A stretch of DNA of 64,000 bases from Octopus bimaculoides. Taxonomy: Eukaryota. The notes under the pieces were generated by a model. The model made no database searches. It was not told where the DNA came from and saw only the letters and a program-made list of their open reading frames with translations. The position numbers were made by a program, and so were the translations under genes. Each line of letters starts with the position of its first letter. Positions within the stretch are counted from its first letter, which is position 1. Positions 53,313-64,000 of the stretch are shown here, in pieces. Location of the stretch: assembly GCF_001194135.2 (NCBI RefSeq), contig NC_068984.1:136059121-136123120 (forward strand), read 5' to 3'.

Positions 53313-54029
53313 CCAGTCGAACAAATACTATTTCACTCAAAATGTGGTCGCAATTCAATCGATTGTACCACTCGACCAAAATTGTCTAAGGTTTTGCTTA
53401 TGTTCGATAACCTTCATACTGTTTTGCTGTCTTCTTTGAATTGCTACCTATTCAGTTTTGTATGTTTTGTTTTTTTTTTGTCTTTCGTCAGACATTTATT
53501 CTATTTATTGTTTATTCCTATTTCTGTGTATTGTTATTTCCCCGAACCTACGTCATCTGAAGAAATAAAAGTGAAATTATTCTCCACATGGGAAATTTCT
53601 AATACAGTGGTTTTATGTAAAGGGTAAAATGTAGAAAGGTTCTCTTTTATTTCAAAGCTGTTTTGTTGCATTCATACAAATGTTTACTTACGTAAGTTAC
53701 TGCCGAAGAAGAAGGCGAATAATAGATTGAAAACCGAGAGAGAAAAAAAGGGGGAGTTTTTTTTACTTTAGTGGCCTTTTCTTTCGAAATGATTTATATA
53801 TAACTGTTCAAATTACACGCCAAGATACTACTTGCTTTCTAAAAGATGAAATACAGGAAGAGAATTAACACTCAAAATAAATCAATTGAAAACCACAATT
53901 TATTTCGATTAAGCAGTGTCTTCTTGTTCGTTTTGTTTTCGATATTTTGATTAAAGAACTTTATATTGAAATTTGATGGGAACTTTCAAGAAAATTAAAT
54001 CTGAGAATTAAGAAAAATCGCAAGGGGAA

Positions 54030-54044
54030 ATAATGATGATGTTG

Positions 54045-54118
<74 letters not shown>
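54030..54118. repeat. (AAT)n microsatellite
   Basis: Directly visible. Confidence 0.95.
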
Positions 54119-54119
<1 letters not shown>

Positions 54120-55229
54120 GCAATGATTATGCTGACGATGAAGTTTATTGCCAGCAGCGCCCTTTTATACGTACACAGAAAACGTTTTACGTTTGGGTTG
54201 CAGAACGTAGGCAAGAAGAATACTGAATTAAAAAAAAAAAAAACAGGAAAAGTTATATAAACATTAAGCGATATATATATGTGAACCTACTCTGGATTGG
54301 ATATGAATTATGTAGAATAAATGGATAATTTTATAAATGCGTAGAATCATTGTTTTTAAGAATTTAATTTATATAGCTTGAAAAACAATTAAAGTAATCT
54401 ACTTACAGACAAATGTGAATCCATTAGCCAGTTCGCATCAAGACATCCCTCCAGTTGTACTCCCAGGCACTCACTAGTTCTACCGTGTTAATTTGGAAGT
54501 GCTCCATATCCTATTGAAATCGCACAGTTATCTTCCAATGGGATTTTAAAATGCTTTCTATCTTTTTATTTTGTAACTGTCAATTTCTTAAATGCCTATG
54601 TATTCTGCCCTCATTTCTTCACAAGACAGCAAATTTCGATTCCATTCCCTTTCCAAAGTTCGACCAGACAGCTTATTAAGAATATGTGAGGTATTCGAGC
54701 AAACGTAAATTTCATGAATTCAGAGTCCTAAGTTGTACTCTTGGGGCTTTTGTCTTGGAGACCACCTTCATTCTGCTCATTGAAGGATCTAAACTTGTGA
54801 CATATGCTTCCCGCAAAAGCAGTAGTAGCGAATTTCGTTTCTAATTCTGGAGCCTGGTGTTTTATAGCTGCCTTGTAGACTCTACTGCTCTATTTATTTA
54901 TCGCTTGTCCTTCCACGTAATAAATGTTTAATCCTCGGAATCTAATCTAACATACCGCAAGTGTAAAAATGAAACCATGTTAATGCCAATACTTTAGTAG
55001 TATATATATACCTAGGAATTATCTAATTAATCCTCTACACTCCTGAGATACAAATCTAATTCTGTCTAAATATGTATATATAGATAATCTTTATTCCACG
55101 TAAGAAATAAAGATTGAAAACCTGTCTTTAGAAACTATTACCAACTAGCTTACACAAAAATTTGTCAACCGGCAAGGCAGAGACTCAATCATCTACTTCT
55201 ATTGTGATTTTCGAGTTTTATTAAAAATC

Positions 55230-55770
55230 AAAAACATTACGTTAATATTATTAGTTTCACTAATAAAAGCACATTATCTGTCATAACCTCGAAACAGATC
55301 ATCAAAAGATGTTAGATAAAAGGCATGGTCGAATTCGTATCAGTTACACATAACTGTCCAGTTGAGAGTTGACATTTACTTAACCTACACCACATCAAAC
55401 GCTTTACTGTTGTTGATCGAGGATTTATTGGAGTATAAGTTTCTAGTACAGCTTCCAGCTATTGATGACTGTCCTTTATAACAGATCTCGATTGATCTAT
55501 ATTGAATAGTACAGCATCAAAGCAAACTTTTAATGAGACCTCTTTTTTATGTAATTCCAAAAATGCGAATAATTATGCAAGGCAACGCAATATCATTCCC
55601 AGACGCTAATATACGAGCAAAAATTACTGACGAATCATTTAAATATATTGGATACATGGCGAGAGACAGTTGTGGTTATTTACAGCTTGTTACAATTGAA
55701 TTACTTCGTGTGGAAATGAGTATGTTGAATAATGTGAATAAATTGGTGTTTGCTACACAATCGCTTTGTT
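55230..55770 (+). mobile_element. Possible highly degenerate Penelope-like RT remnant
   Basis: VNIISFTNKSTLSVITSK (compare III.PADKG..VVM) and PLFYVIPKMR...GNAI...MARDSCGYL (compare FY.LPKIHK..GRPI..YIRDT.DFL) in the right order, with weak identity. Confidence 0.35.
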
Positions 55771-55919
55771 TGAAAACTTAGGCTTGTCACAAATAATTTT
55801 ATACATAAGCTTGTTTCAACCAAACAAATTAGTACAAATGTTACAGAGTAATCTTCATCGTAAGGTACGTCTGCGAGAACATATATGTATATATGTATAT
55901 GTGTGTATGTATGTATATA

Positions 55920-55950
<31 letters not shown>

Positions 55951-56474
55951 NNNNNNNNNNNNNNNNNNNNNNNNNNNNNNNNNNNNNNNNNNNNNNNNNN
56001 NNNNNNNNNNNNNNNNNNNNNNNNNNNNNNNNNNNNNNNNNNNNNNNNNNNNNNNNNNNNNNNNNNNNNNNNNNNNNNNNNNNNNNNNNNNNNNNNNNNN
56101 NNNNNNNNNNNNNNNNNNNNNNNNNNNNNNNNNNNNNNNNNNNNNNNNNNNNNNNNNNNNNNNNNNNNNNNNNNNNNNNNNNNNNNNNNNNNNNNNNNNN
56201 NNTGTGTGTTCGTGTGTGTGTGTGTGCGTGTGTGTGTGTGTGTGTGTGCATGTTTGTAATTGTTCAGGTTTATTTCAAGATTCCTTGCCAATAGAGAAAG
56301 AACTGGTTTCTAACCTAGATCCAAGGCTCCTTCTTTGGAATTTCAACATCAACAACAGGGTACTTTTGTTTTTATGTATGTATATATGCATGAATGTATG
56401 TATGAATGTATGTATGTCTATATACATATACACATATATGCATATATATAGAGAGAGATGCGTGTATATATATA

Positions 56475-56670
56475 TAGGTAGAATTCACAAGAAAAAACAA
56501 AACAAAAGCCGAAGTCAGGTGCTGAAGGCAACAAACAGATGTATTAGTCTAACGCTCGGGAAGTGAAAAAGTCATTAAAGTTTCGATCCTACGCTCTTCT
56601 ACAGAAAGGAACACAAAAAGAAACAAGGAGAGAAAATAAAGAATGTGTAGTGGCTAGCGATCTATCATCA
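56475..56670 (-). mobile_element. Probable Penelope-like terminal (pLTR) fragment
   Basis: Minus strand carries CTGTAGAAGAGCGTAGGATCGAAAC, the CTG..GA-stem-CGAAAC signature of PLE ends. Confidence 0.4.
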
Positions 56671-56671
56671 C

Positions 56672-56710
<39 letters not shown>

Positions 56711-56713
<3 letters not shown>

Positions 56714-56906
56714 CACACTCATCAGTGAGTGTGTTACATTATAAGGCAGAAAAAGAAAATGACTCTATCCAGACACAACAGAATATATATGTGTCTGGAT
56801 AGAGTCATTTTCTTTTTCTGCCTTATAATGTAACACACTCACCGGTGAGTGAGTTAAATTATAACGCAGAAAAAGAAAGTGACTCTCCCCAGACACAACA
56901 GAATAT
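56711..56906. repeat. Alternating inverted/direct repeat cluster
   Basis: 56725-56776 and 56791-56842 are a perfect 52-bp inverted pair. 56845-56906 is a direct copy of 56725-56786 with 6 mismatches in 62 bp. An 11-bp-arm hairpin lies at 56711-56736. Confidence 0.92.
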
Positions 56907-57771
56907 GCTCCAACACACGGACTCACAGAAAGAATCTTGCAAACCAAATCCAGAAACGTCGTATATATGGACCTTTAGGTTCATAAAATTTGTCAGTCAG
57001 ACTAGTCTAAGGGAGATAACTCTTCCTCTTTAAAGCTCAAAGAGAGTATATTATTCAAAGAGTGTATATTATTACAAATTGACTGAATGTAATGGTTTTC
57101 TACGTCCAGTGTCAAGAGAGGTTATCTGCCCTCCGCCATTAGAGCCTGACGAGTCGTTTATAAATCTGAGCGCTTTATGGATGCGACGCCATTGGTAACT
57201 CTATTACGGGACATATATTTAACTGCGTTAAGGTTAGCGGATTCCAACTCCCAAATCTCACCCCACCCTATTCTGCTAAAACGGAGAAAGCACTGGATAA
57301 TATAATCTTAGATGAAATATATGTTAGAAGCGATTGTTTTGATGCCGTTTATAATTGGTTTAACTCCCTTTCGACCGAGGATTAAATAATAACGATAATA
57401 TAGATAAAATGGAGAATTATTGCTTACATGAAACCGCGGTATGAAGCATTTAAGAGAGGCTTACTCGAAATCTTTGACTTCGATGCATAACTACACATTT
57501 TAAGAAATATAGGTGATGTCAAATATATTGACATGTTACAGATAAGCATGCAATATGCTCAACGTTCATAAAATTATGTAATACGTTGCGAAAATATGAC
57601 CTCCTCCAGTTTACCAGAGACGAATACTACCGAACAGTGACATGCCGGTTAAATTAAAGAAAAGCAACGAGTGGCATTTCAAATCAGAATTGTCCACATT
57701 TAAGTAATGTAAAGTGCGTAGGAATATGATTTACTGATCACGAGGGTAGATAGCGGATTGAGATTGAGTAG

Positions 57772-57928
57772 GTGTGTCTGTATTTGTTCAACCACCACCA
57801 TTTGATAACCAATATTGGTTTGTTTACATCCTCGTAGCATAGTAGTTCGGCAAAAGAAAAGAATGTAAGTACCGGTGTCGATTTATACGGCTAAAATACT
57901 TCAAAGACTGATACAAATAAAAGAAATA
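57772..57928 (+). mobile_element. SINE family B, old 3' half
   Basis: TTGATAACC...TGTTTACATCCTCGTAGC...GTTCGGCAAAAG...TAAGTACC...GTCGATTT. Confidence 0.6.
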
Positions 57929-57937
57929 ACAGATATA

Positions 57938-58156
57938 GGCGCAGGAGTGGCTGTGTGGTAAGTAGCTTGCTTACCAACCACATGGTTCCGGGTTCAGTTC
58001 GACTGCGTGGCATCTTGGGCAAGTGTCTTCTACTATAGCCTCGGGCCGACCAAATCTTTGTGAGTGGATTTGGTAGACGGAAACTGAAAGAAGCCCATCG
58101 TGTATATGCGTATATATGTATGTGTGTGCGTGTGTGTGTGTGTATGTTTGTGTGTG

Positions 58157-58200
<44 letters not shown>

Positions 58201-58415
58201 TGCGTCTGTGTTTGTTCCCCTAGCATCGCTTGACAACCGATGCTGGTGTGTTTATGTCCCCGTCACTTAGCGGTTCGGCAAAAGAGAACGATAGAATAAG
58301 TACTAGGCTTACAAACAATAAGTCCTGGGGGTCGATTTGATCGACTAAAGGCGGTGCTCCAGCATGGCCGCAGTCAAATTACTGAAACAAATAAAAGAGT
58401 AAAAGACTAAAAGAG
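57938..58415 (+). mobile_element. SINE family B, full length, young
   Basis: GGCGCAGGAGTGGCTGTGTGGTAAGTAGCTTGCTTACCAACCACATGGTTCCGGGTTCAG...CTTGGGCAAGTG..., internal (TG)n, tail GGCGGTGCTCCAGCATGGCCGCAGTCAAATTACTGAAAC followed by TAAAAGA(G) repeats. Confidence 0.92.
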
Positions 58416-58554
58416 ATGTTAAGCATTTTAGATATATAATCTGGAGCGGCTCTGTTTAATTTTTGCGTTTAAATTCTGTAGAAATAACTCGTCCCTTTTT
58501 CCTTCTTACATCGATTTCCTTAAGTAATAGTAACCGTGTCGTAATTTGGCCATG

Positions 58555-58640
58555 ACCAACAGCATGGAATAAGATGGACTCTGCTAGAATTCCTTACGCT
58601 TGACATAATGTATGAAGATGAAAATATAAAGGACAGCCTC
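58555..58640 (+). mobile_element. Possible RTE-clade RT remnant
   Basis: HGIRWTLLEFLTLDIMYEDENI resembles GIQWT...L.DLDFADD (RT catalytic motif region). Confidence 0.35.
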
Positions 58641-60642
58641 ATACATGACTGGGTTCTTCTCGATGGGCTTAACCACATTTAGAATAATGTCATATACACA
58701 CTATAGTTAAATGTTGCTGGAAACCTCTTATAAACATGATAGCAACAGTTAATGGATAGATATACATAAGTCAATTGAACTCTCTTTCTCCGATCTGATC
58801 TGTAACTATAGCAACATGATATTGGGGAAAGTAATCCTGAGTGGAGATTACAATAAATGAAATTACTCTATGATCATGTTGGTCATATACTGTCAAATAA
58901 ACATGGTTACTATATACATAGAAATTGATTAGGCCTCATATACAGATATGGTGGACACGTAAAAACATATTTAATGTCGTCAGGAATCAATCAAAGTATG
59001 TAATAGATATTGATTTTATTTCACTTTTGCATTGATTCGCCGTAGAATAATAAAAAGATATCCTCCAGTTTTATAGGTATTTTGGTTGCGTAGAACGTTC
59101 TGAAATATAAATTGAAAACATGCGCCTATTCAATTATACTGTAGCTATTCCGAAACGTTATTTTTTCTTTACTTTTACAAATATATGAAGACAACATTGT
59201 AGAAGATTAGATAATATACACACGCGCTCAAACACGTGTCTGGGTAAGGTTTCTGTATTATCGTGTGTAATATAAAATATATTCAATACATGTATTCATT
59301 CTGTATAAAACATAACATGTTCATGGCATAGTATAATGAATTATATGTCTGTGCGTTTGTATGTACAGCTATGCAGATGTATAATTACAAAAGTATATTG
59401 AGATGAATATATACAAGAACCCATGTAGCATAGATACGCAAATTTGCATACAAGCCTATACACTCAGCAATGTATATATATATATATATATAATATTTTC
59501 ATTCCCCTAGATATATTTGTATATACAAAGCATAATTATTTATATGACTCATTATATTTTGAAAACACTCTCCAACGTATCACACTATAGAAAATATAAT
59601 GTCCCTTGTACCTATGTACACAATGATAAATTGCAGAAAATGCATTAATATATATTTTAAAAAGAAATAATAAGATGTATCTGTCAGTTGTGACAGGCTT
59701 TATCTCTTAAAAAGCTTCTCCATTTTGTTGGTGTCTCCCTAACGACCAGAAAATTGGTAGTATTTCCACGTAAGAATTTGCAGCGTAATCTACGCATATT
59801 GACAGGTATGAAAATGAATGCTATCCCATAGAATCCATCCGTTAACCATTCTCATTTATTTAGTTCGATGTAACCAATTTCCTTTCTTTTCTATGAGACA
59901 GGGGATTTAAGAATAAATATTCTTGGCTTCTGCTGTTTCAATAGCTGAAAAGATATCTCCCATTACGACAATGAAGTAATTTGAAATACTTAAGGATATT
60001 TAGATAACTTATATTAAATGTCTCAGCCATATGGAAGAGGTATTGAATGATTGCTGTAAATTATAGATTCCAGCCTGGTTGATATGCTAATAGTTATTAT
60101 GTATTAAGATCTATTTTTATCTACTGACGTAATGCATTATCTTTGAACTTTACTTGTGTAAACCCTAATGGAATTAAAGTTCTGATGCGAAAATAATGAA
60201 GTTACTTTGCAGAGAGATTTCTGTCAAGTATTGAAGATTAATGTCTCTAGAAAATTATTTAGTTGAAAGAAAGTTCTAGTCGATGCAGTGGTCGGGAATA
60301 AAGAAAACAGAATATATGTTTTTGCTAGAAAATCAGATTGGTGTGCCTTAGTTTCAGTATATGTGAGTCAGAAGAGAATAAATTTAGAACATACATACTA
60401 TGATAAAACCAATAAGTAAAATGGAATAAGTATATTCTACTGACTGAAACTAAATATTATTATAGAAAGGATATTATTGAATAGAACTATGCACGCATCT
60501 ATAAGGGTTTTGTTTCTTTTTTAAAATACCGATCATATCAGGCGGCGGTAGGCGGTAGAGAAAAAGGAGGCGTTGGGGGGAAAGCAGTGGATTGGGGGAC
60601 TCTATGAATATATTATATTATTATAGTATTATATAATAACAT

Positions 60643-60813
60643 GGGGGGGGGGTCGATTAGATCCCTCCTCAATACGCAACTGGTACTTAATTTATCGACC
60701 CCGAACGGATGAAAGGCAACGTCGAGAGCGGCGGAATTTGAACTCAGAACGTAAAGACAGACGAAATACTGCATTTCGCCCTATGTGCTAACGTTTCTGC
60801 CAGCTCGCCGTTT
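60643..60813 (-). mobile_element. SINE family A, 3'-truncated
   Basis: GTCGATTAGATC...CTGGTACTTAATTTATCGACCCCGAACGGATGAAAGGC...CTGCCAGCTCGCCG. Confidence 0.88.
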
Positions 60814-61574
60814 TGACGTCAGATTAGATATTAAGAAACAAATGAAACAAATTCAAAGACTAGTTGCAATTGACCTCACAGAAGTTTCTATTACTATTGC
60901 TAAACTTAGATACAGCAAACTGGTAAGCCATTAATAATTGTCAATACATTGTAGAGTTTCAAGTACTCATAAAGAGGAAGATAAAATGGTTAGAAAAATA
61001 TGAAGTACAGCATCACAAAAATTCTGACTACAATTCTATTCCAATGTTTGTAAGACGTGAAGCGTAATATCAAGGATTCTGGTTTGAATTCTGTTCAGGC
61101 TGAAAACTGCATAGTAAAATGAAACCGTTCTCACTTCAAAGTCCCGAGACGCTCATCACAAATCTCTTCACCCTGCGGACTTAGATAAATCTTCCCATCT
61201 TATAGCTAATGAACAGACGATAGGCTAGTCTATCACGCTTAATGGGTGGACGATCCAAGTAAAGTTAAATTAACCTAACTGTCACGTGGTGAACCAAAAT
61301 GGGTAGCTAAAAAGTAAAAAGCTACAATATGAGCAGCTAAAGTTCAAGAGCAATCACGCTTCCGCTACAAAAGTATTAATGCTAGGGTTAGGATATTCAG
61401 TGCAGTTGTGTTTTCATCTCATGGATAGCGTTACATAATGACAGGCACATGGGCCAAAGGGTATCCCAGTAATGTTGGCAACTAGTGTGGTGGAGTGTTT
61501 ATAAGAATGAGGATGTTTTGGGTATTTATCTACACTAGGTACACTGATTATTAATTTAGTCTGCGATTAAGCTA

Positions 61575-62150
61575 ATTCGCATCTTCTGTATCGTGCGAAA
61601 GTGCATTTACTAGCCTGTAAGCATATTGTTAGTCTTTCTGAAATTCTATTAATGAGCTTCTCATTGATCCACAAAATGCACAGCGATTCTTAGGAAGCAT
61701 AGCCTGCATCTCCTGGAAAGGGCGTTATATAGTTATTCATGTCTTTCTATGGACCAAGTGAGATAATATTTGCTCTCGCCGTCTTTAGGTTGCCACACAA
61801 ACCCAGCCAAAGATGTTTAGTGCTTCTTGTTCATTTTGTTGATTCTGGCGACATGGTTTCGATATCGGTTCTTGAACGAATTTGCTGTTGGACCAGTGAA
61901 ACTAACAAGATGCTTGCATGCTAGTAAATGCAATTTTGCAAGACATTGGCAAAGAATCTGAAGGAATCTACACCTTTTAACCTGGTGTTTGCTTTGGTCA
62001 TAAAACATCATAGGAGATTTTTGCTGTGCATTATGATTTTTAACTAGTGATATCGACCTCTCATTCTCGCATGCTGACACAGAAATCTTGTCCAAATATT
62101 AGCCTCCTACACTCTCAAACCGTCTTTCATTTCTTGGAATGGATGGAGGC
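61575..62150 (-). mobile_element. Penelope-like element C-terminal GIY-YIG region (Neptune/Naiad-type architecture), degenerate
   Basis: KISVSAC..SLVKNHN, CLAKLHLL, FTGPTANSFKNRYRNH, TSLAGFVWQPK, YYLTWSI, RCRLC. Matches KISYSCM.N...I..HN / YIG.T...FK.RY.NH / T.LS.YIW.LK / I.W.I / CNLC. Confidence 0.7.
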
Positions 62151-62749
62151 TTTTGTACAAGTGTCACTGTGATCCTCAGTTTCGTTTTATGCTATTGTAA
62201 ATAGGATACACAACTAGTTTTGAGTAAAAGTTTGGTTAGGTTATGTCTCTTTGACAAGCTTACAGTAAAGACCGTCTTAAACCGTAATCCATCAGTGTAT
62301 ACAATAGAATATACCGCTCTTCTAGATATCATTCACACGCAACTTAAATATCTTGCACGAAGCTTTCCCAGGATTAATGAAACCGTAAGATTCATAGGGA
62401 TCTAGAATGGAGATGTGGCAACTTAATCTCACAACTCAAAGCGGCTATGGCATTGTCACGTCATATCGAAAATAGTTGGCGTAACCGTAAATGTCTTGTT
62501 AGTTCAGTGATATAGCCTTAACTATATCAACCAATAGACATATATTTTCAGATTGCAGAACGGGAATTCAAAGAAATAGTGGAGATACATTCTCAGAGTG
62601 GAATGAGTCGAAACGATTAACGCGAAGCAATCTATCTGACGCTACAGCAGCTATACCATTACGACGCCACAGACACACCTATATACGTCCATACAGGCAT
62701 ATGTATGTATGTATTTTGCATGCAAGTATGTACGTATGCATTATGCATG

Positions 62750-62781
<32 letters not shown>

Positions 62782-63357
62782 NNNNNNNNNNNNNNNNNNN
62801 NNNNNNNNNNNNNNNNNNNNNNNNNNNNNNNNNNNNNNNNNNNNNNNNNNNNNNNNNNNNNNNNNNNNNNNNNNNNNNNNNNNNNNNNNNNNNNNNNNNN
62901 NNNNNNNNNNNNNNNNNNNNNNNNNNNNNNNNNNNNNNNNNNNNNNNNNNNNNNNNNNNNNNNNNNNNNNNNNNNNNNNNNNNNNNNNNNNNNNNNNNNN
63001 NNNNNNNNNNNNNNNNNNNNNNNNNNNNNNNNNNNNNNNNNNNNNNNNNNNNNNNNNNNNNNNNNNNNNNNNNNNNNNNNNNNNNNNNNNNNNNNNNNNN
63101 NNNNNNNNNNNNNNNNNNNNNNNNNNNNNNNNNNNNNNNNNNNNNNNNNNNNNNNNNNNNNNNNNNNNNNNNNNNNNNNNNNNNNNNNNNNNNNNNNNNN
63201 NNNNNNNNNNNNNNNNNNNNNNNNNNNNNNNNNNNNNNNNNNNNNNNNNNNNNNNNNNNNNNNNNNNNNNNNNNNNNNNNNNNNNNNNNNNNNNNNNNNN
63301 NNNNNNNNNNNNNNNNNNNNNNNNNNNNNNNNNNNNNNNNNNNNNNNNNNNNNNNNN

Positions 63358-63410
<53 letters not shown>

Positions 63411-63933
63411 TTGTGAGGTAAGAGATTGAAATGAAAAGAGAGGAGAGACAGGATGCAAATTTTGCTGTCTCAGCATATGCATCTCATTGTGCATCGACTT
63501 GTGCTAAAACGTGTTAGAATCTAAGAGCAAAATAATCTAATAACACAGTACCGCAGACCGTGTAAAAGTTAGTATAACTTTCATGTAATTTCCAAATATG
63601 AATTCCTTACAAACACATGACATTTTCTGAGAATGTATTTTTATACGTTTCTTTCGGATTTATGAATCTAATTCTGTTATACATTATTTACGCTACCAAA
63701 TCTTATTTTGATCAATCGATCGGAGAACTCTAGATCAAAACACATCAGTCAGATTCCCTTGTAACATTTTTCTGTTAAAGTTATATATGATTTCAAGGAA
63801 ACAGAAATCTTTAATAATTTGGTTCACAAGTGTTCTGAATGAATGACAGATTCAGTTTAAAAGTAAGCGTTAGCTCTTCTGAAGAGGAGAAACATAGGAA
63901 ATATACCAGATTCAATACTGAAATACTATTAGT

Positions 63934-64000
63934 AGAGGTGCAATGGCCCAGTGGTTGGGCAGCAGACTCACGGTCGTGGGATCACAGTTTCGATTCCCAG
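63934..64000 (+). mobile_element. SINE family C tRNA-derived head (runs off window)
   Basis: GGTGCAATGGCCCAGTGGTT (A box) ... GTTTCGATTCCCAG (B box). Homologous to 14245-14294. Confidence 0.75.

Noticed and set aside
54400-54900. Moderately GC-richer unique-looking block as a host exon
   Set aside because: No sustained open frame with plausible splice sites or recognisable domain was found; small exons cannot be excluded without RNA-seq.

Overview
AT-rich, microsatellite-dense metazoan DNA from a draft assembly with 16 N-gaps, most of them next to (TA)n, (CA)n or (TATC)n runs. The SINE families match my recollection of octopus repeats, so a cephalopod (probably Octopus) is inferred but not verified. 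I found no host gene exon, rRNA, intact tRNA or CRISPR array, so the window looks intergenic or intronic. Nearly all listed ORFs are microsatellite, gap or antisense-SINE artefacts. The real content is transposon-derived: about 25 copies or fragments of tRNA-derived SINEs (working labels A, B, C, E); remnants of CR1/L2-group LINEs (8.8, 28.8, 50.9 kb) and R4/Dong-like LINEs (10, 52 kb); several Penelope-like element (PLE) RT and GIY-YIG remnants (1.3, 30.3, 55.3, 61.6 kb); a mariner MITE; a Tc2/pogo-like end; and an (AAT)n-flanked repeat (family D). The best candidate for an undescribed system is family E (12.8-13.2 and 44.3-44.5 kb). It joins a tRNA-like Pol III head to a minimal type I hammerhead ribozyme motif of the kind carried by PLEs and has a partly inverted tail, suggesting a SINE mobilised by PLE machinery. 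Neither copy alone has an intact ribozyme. Also notable: a SINE-B/LINE shared 3' tail, a SINE-B/A chimera fused at microhomology, and two perfect fold-back structures.
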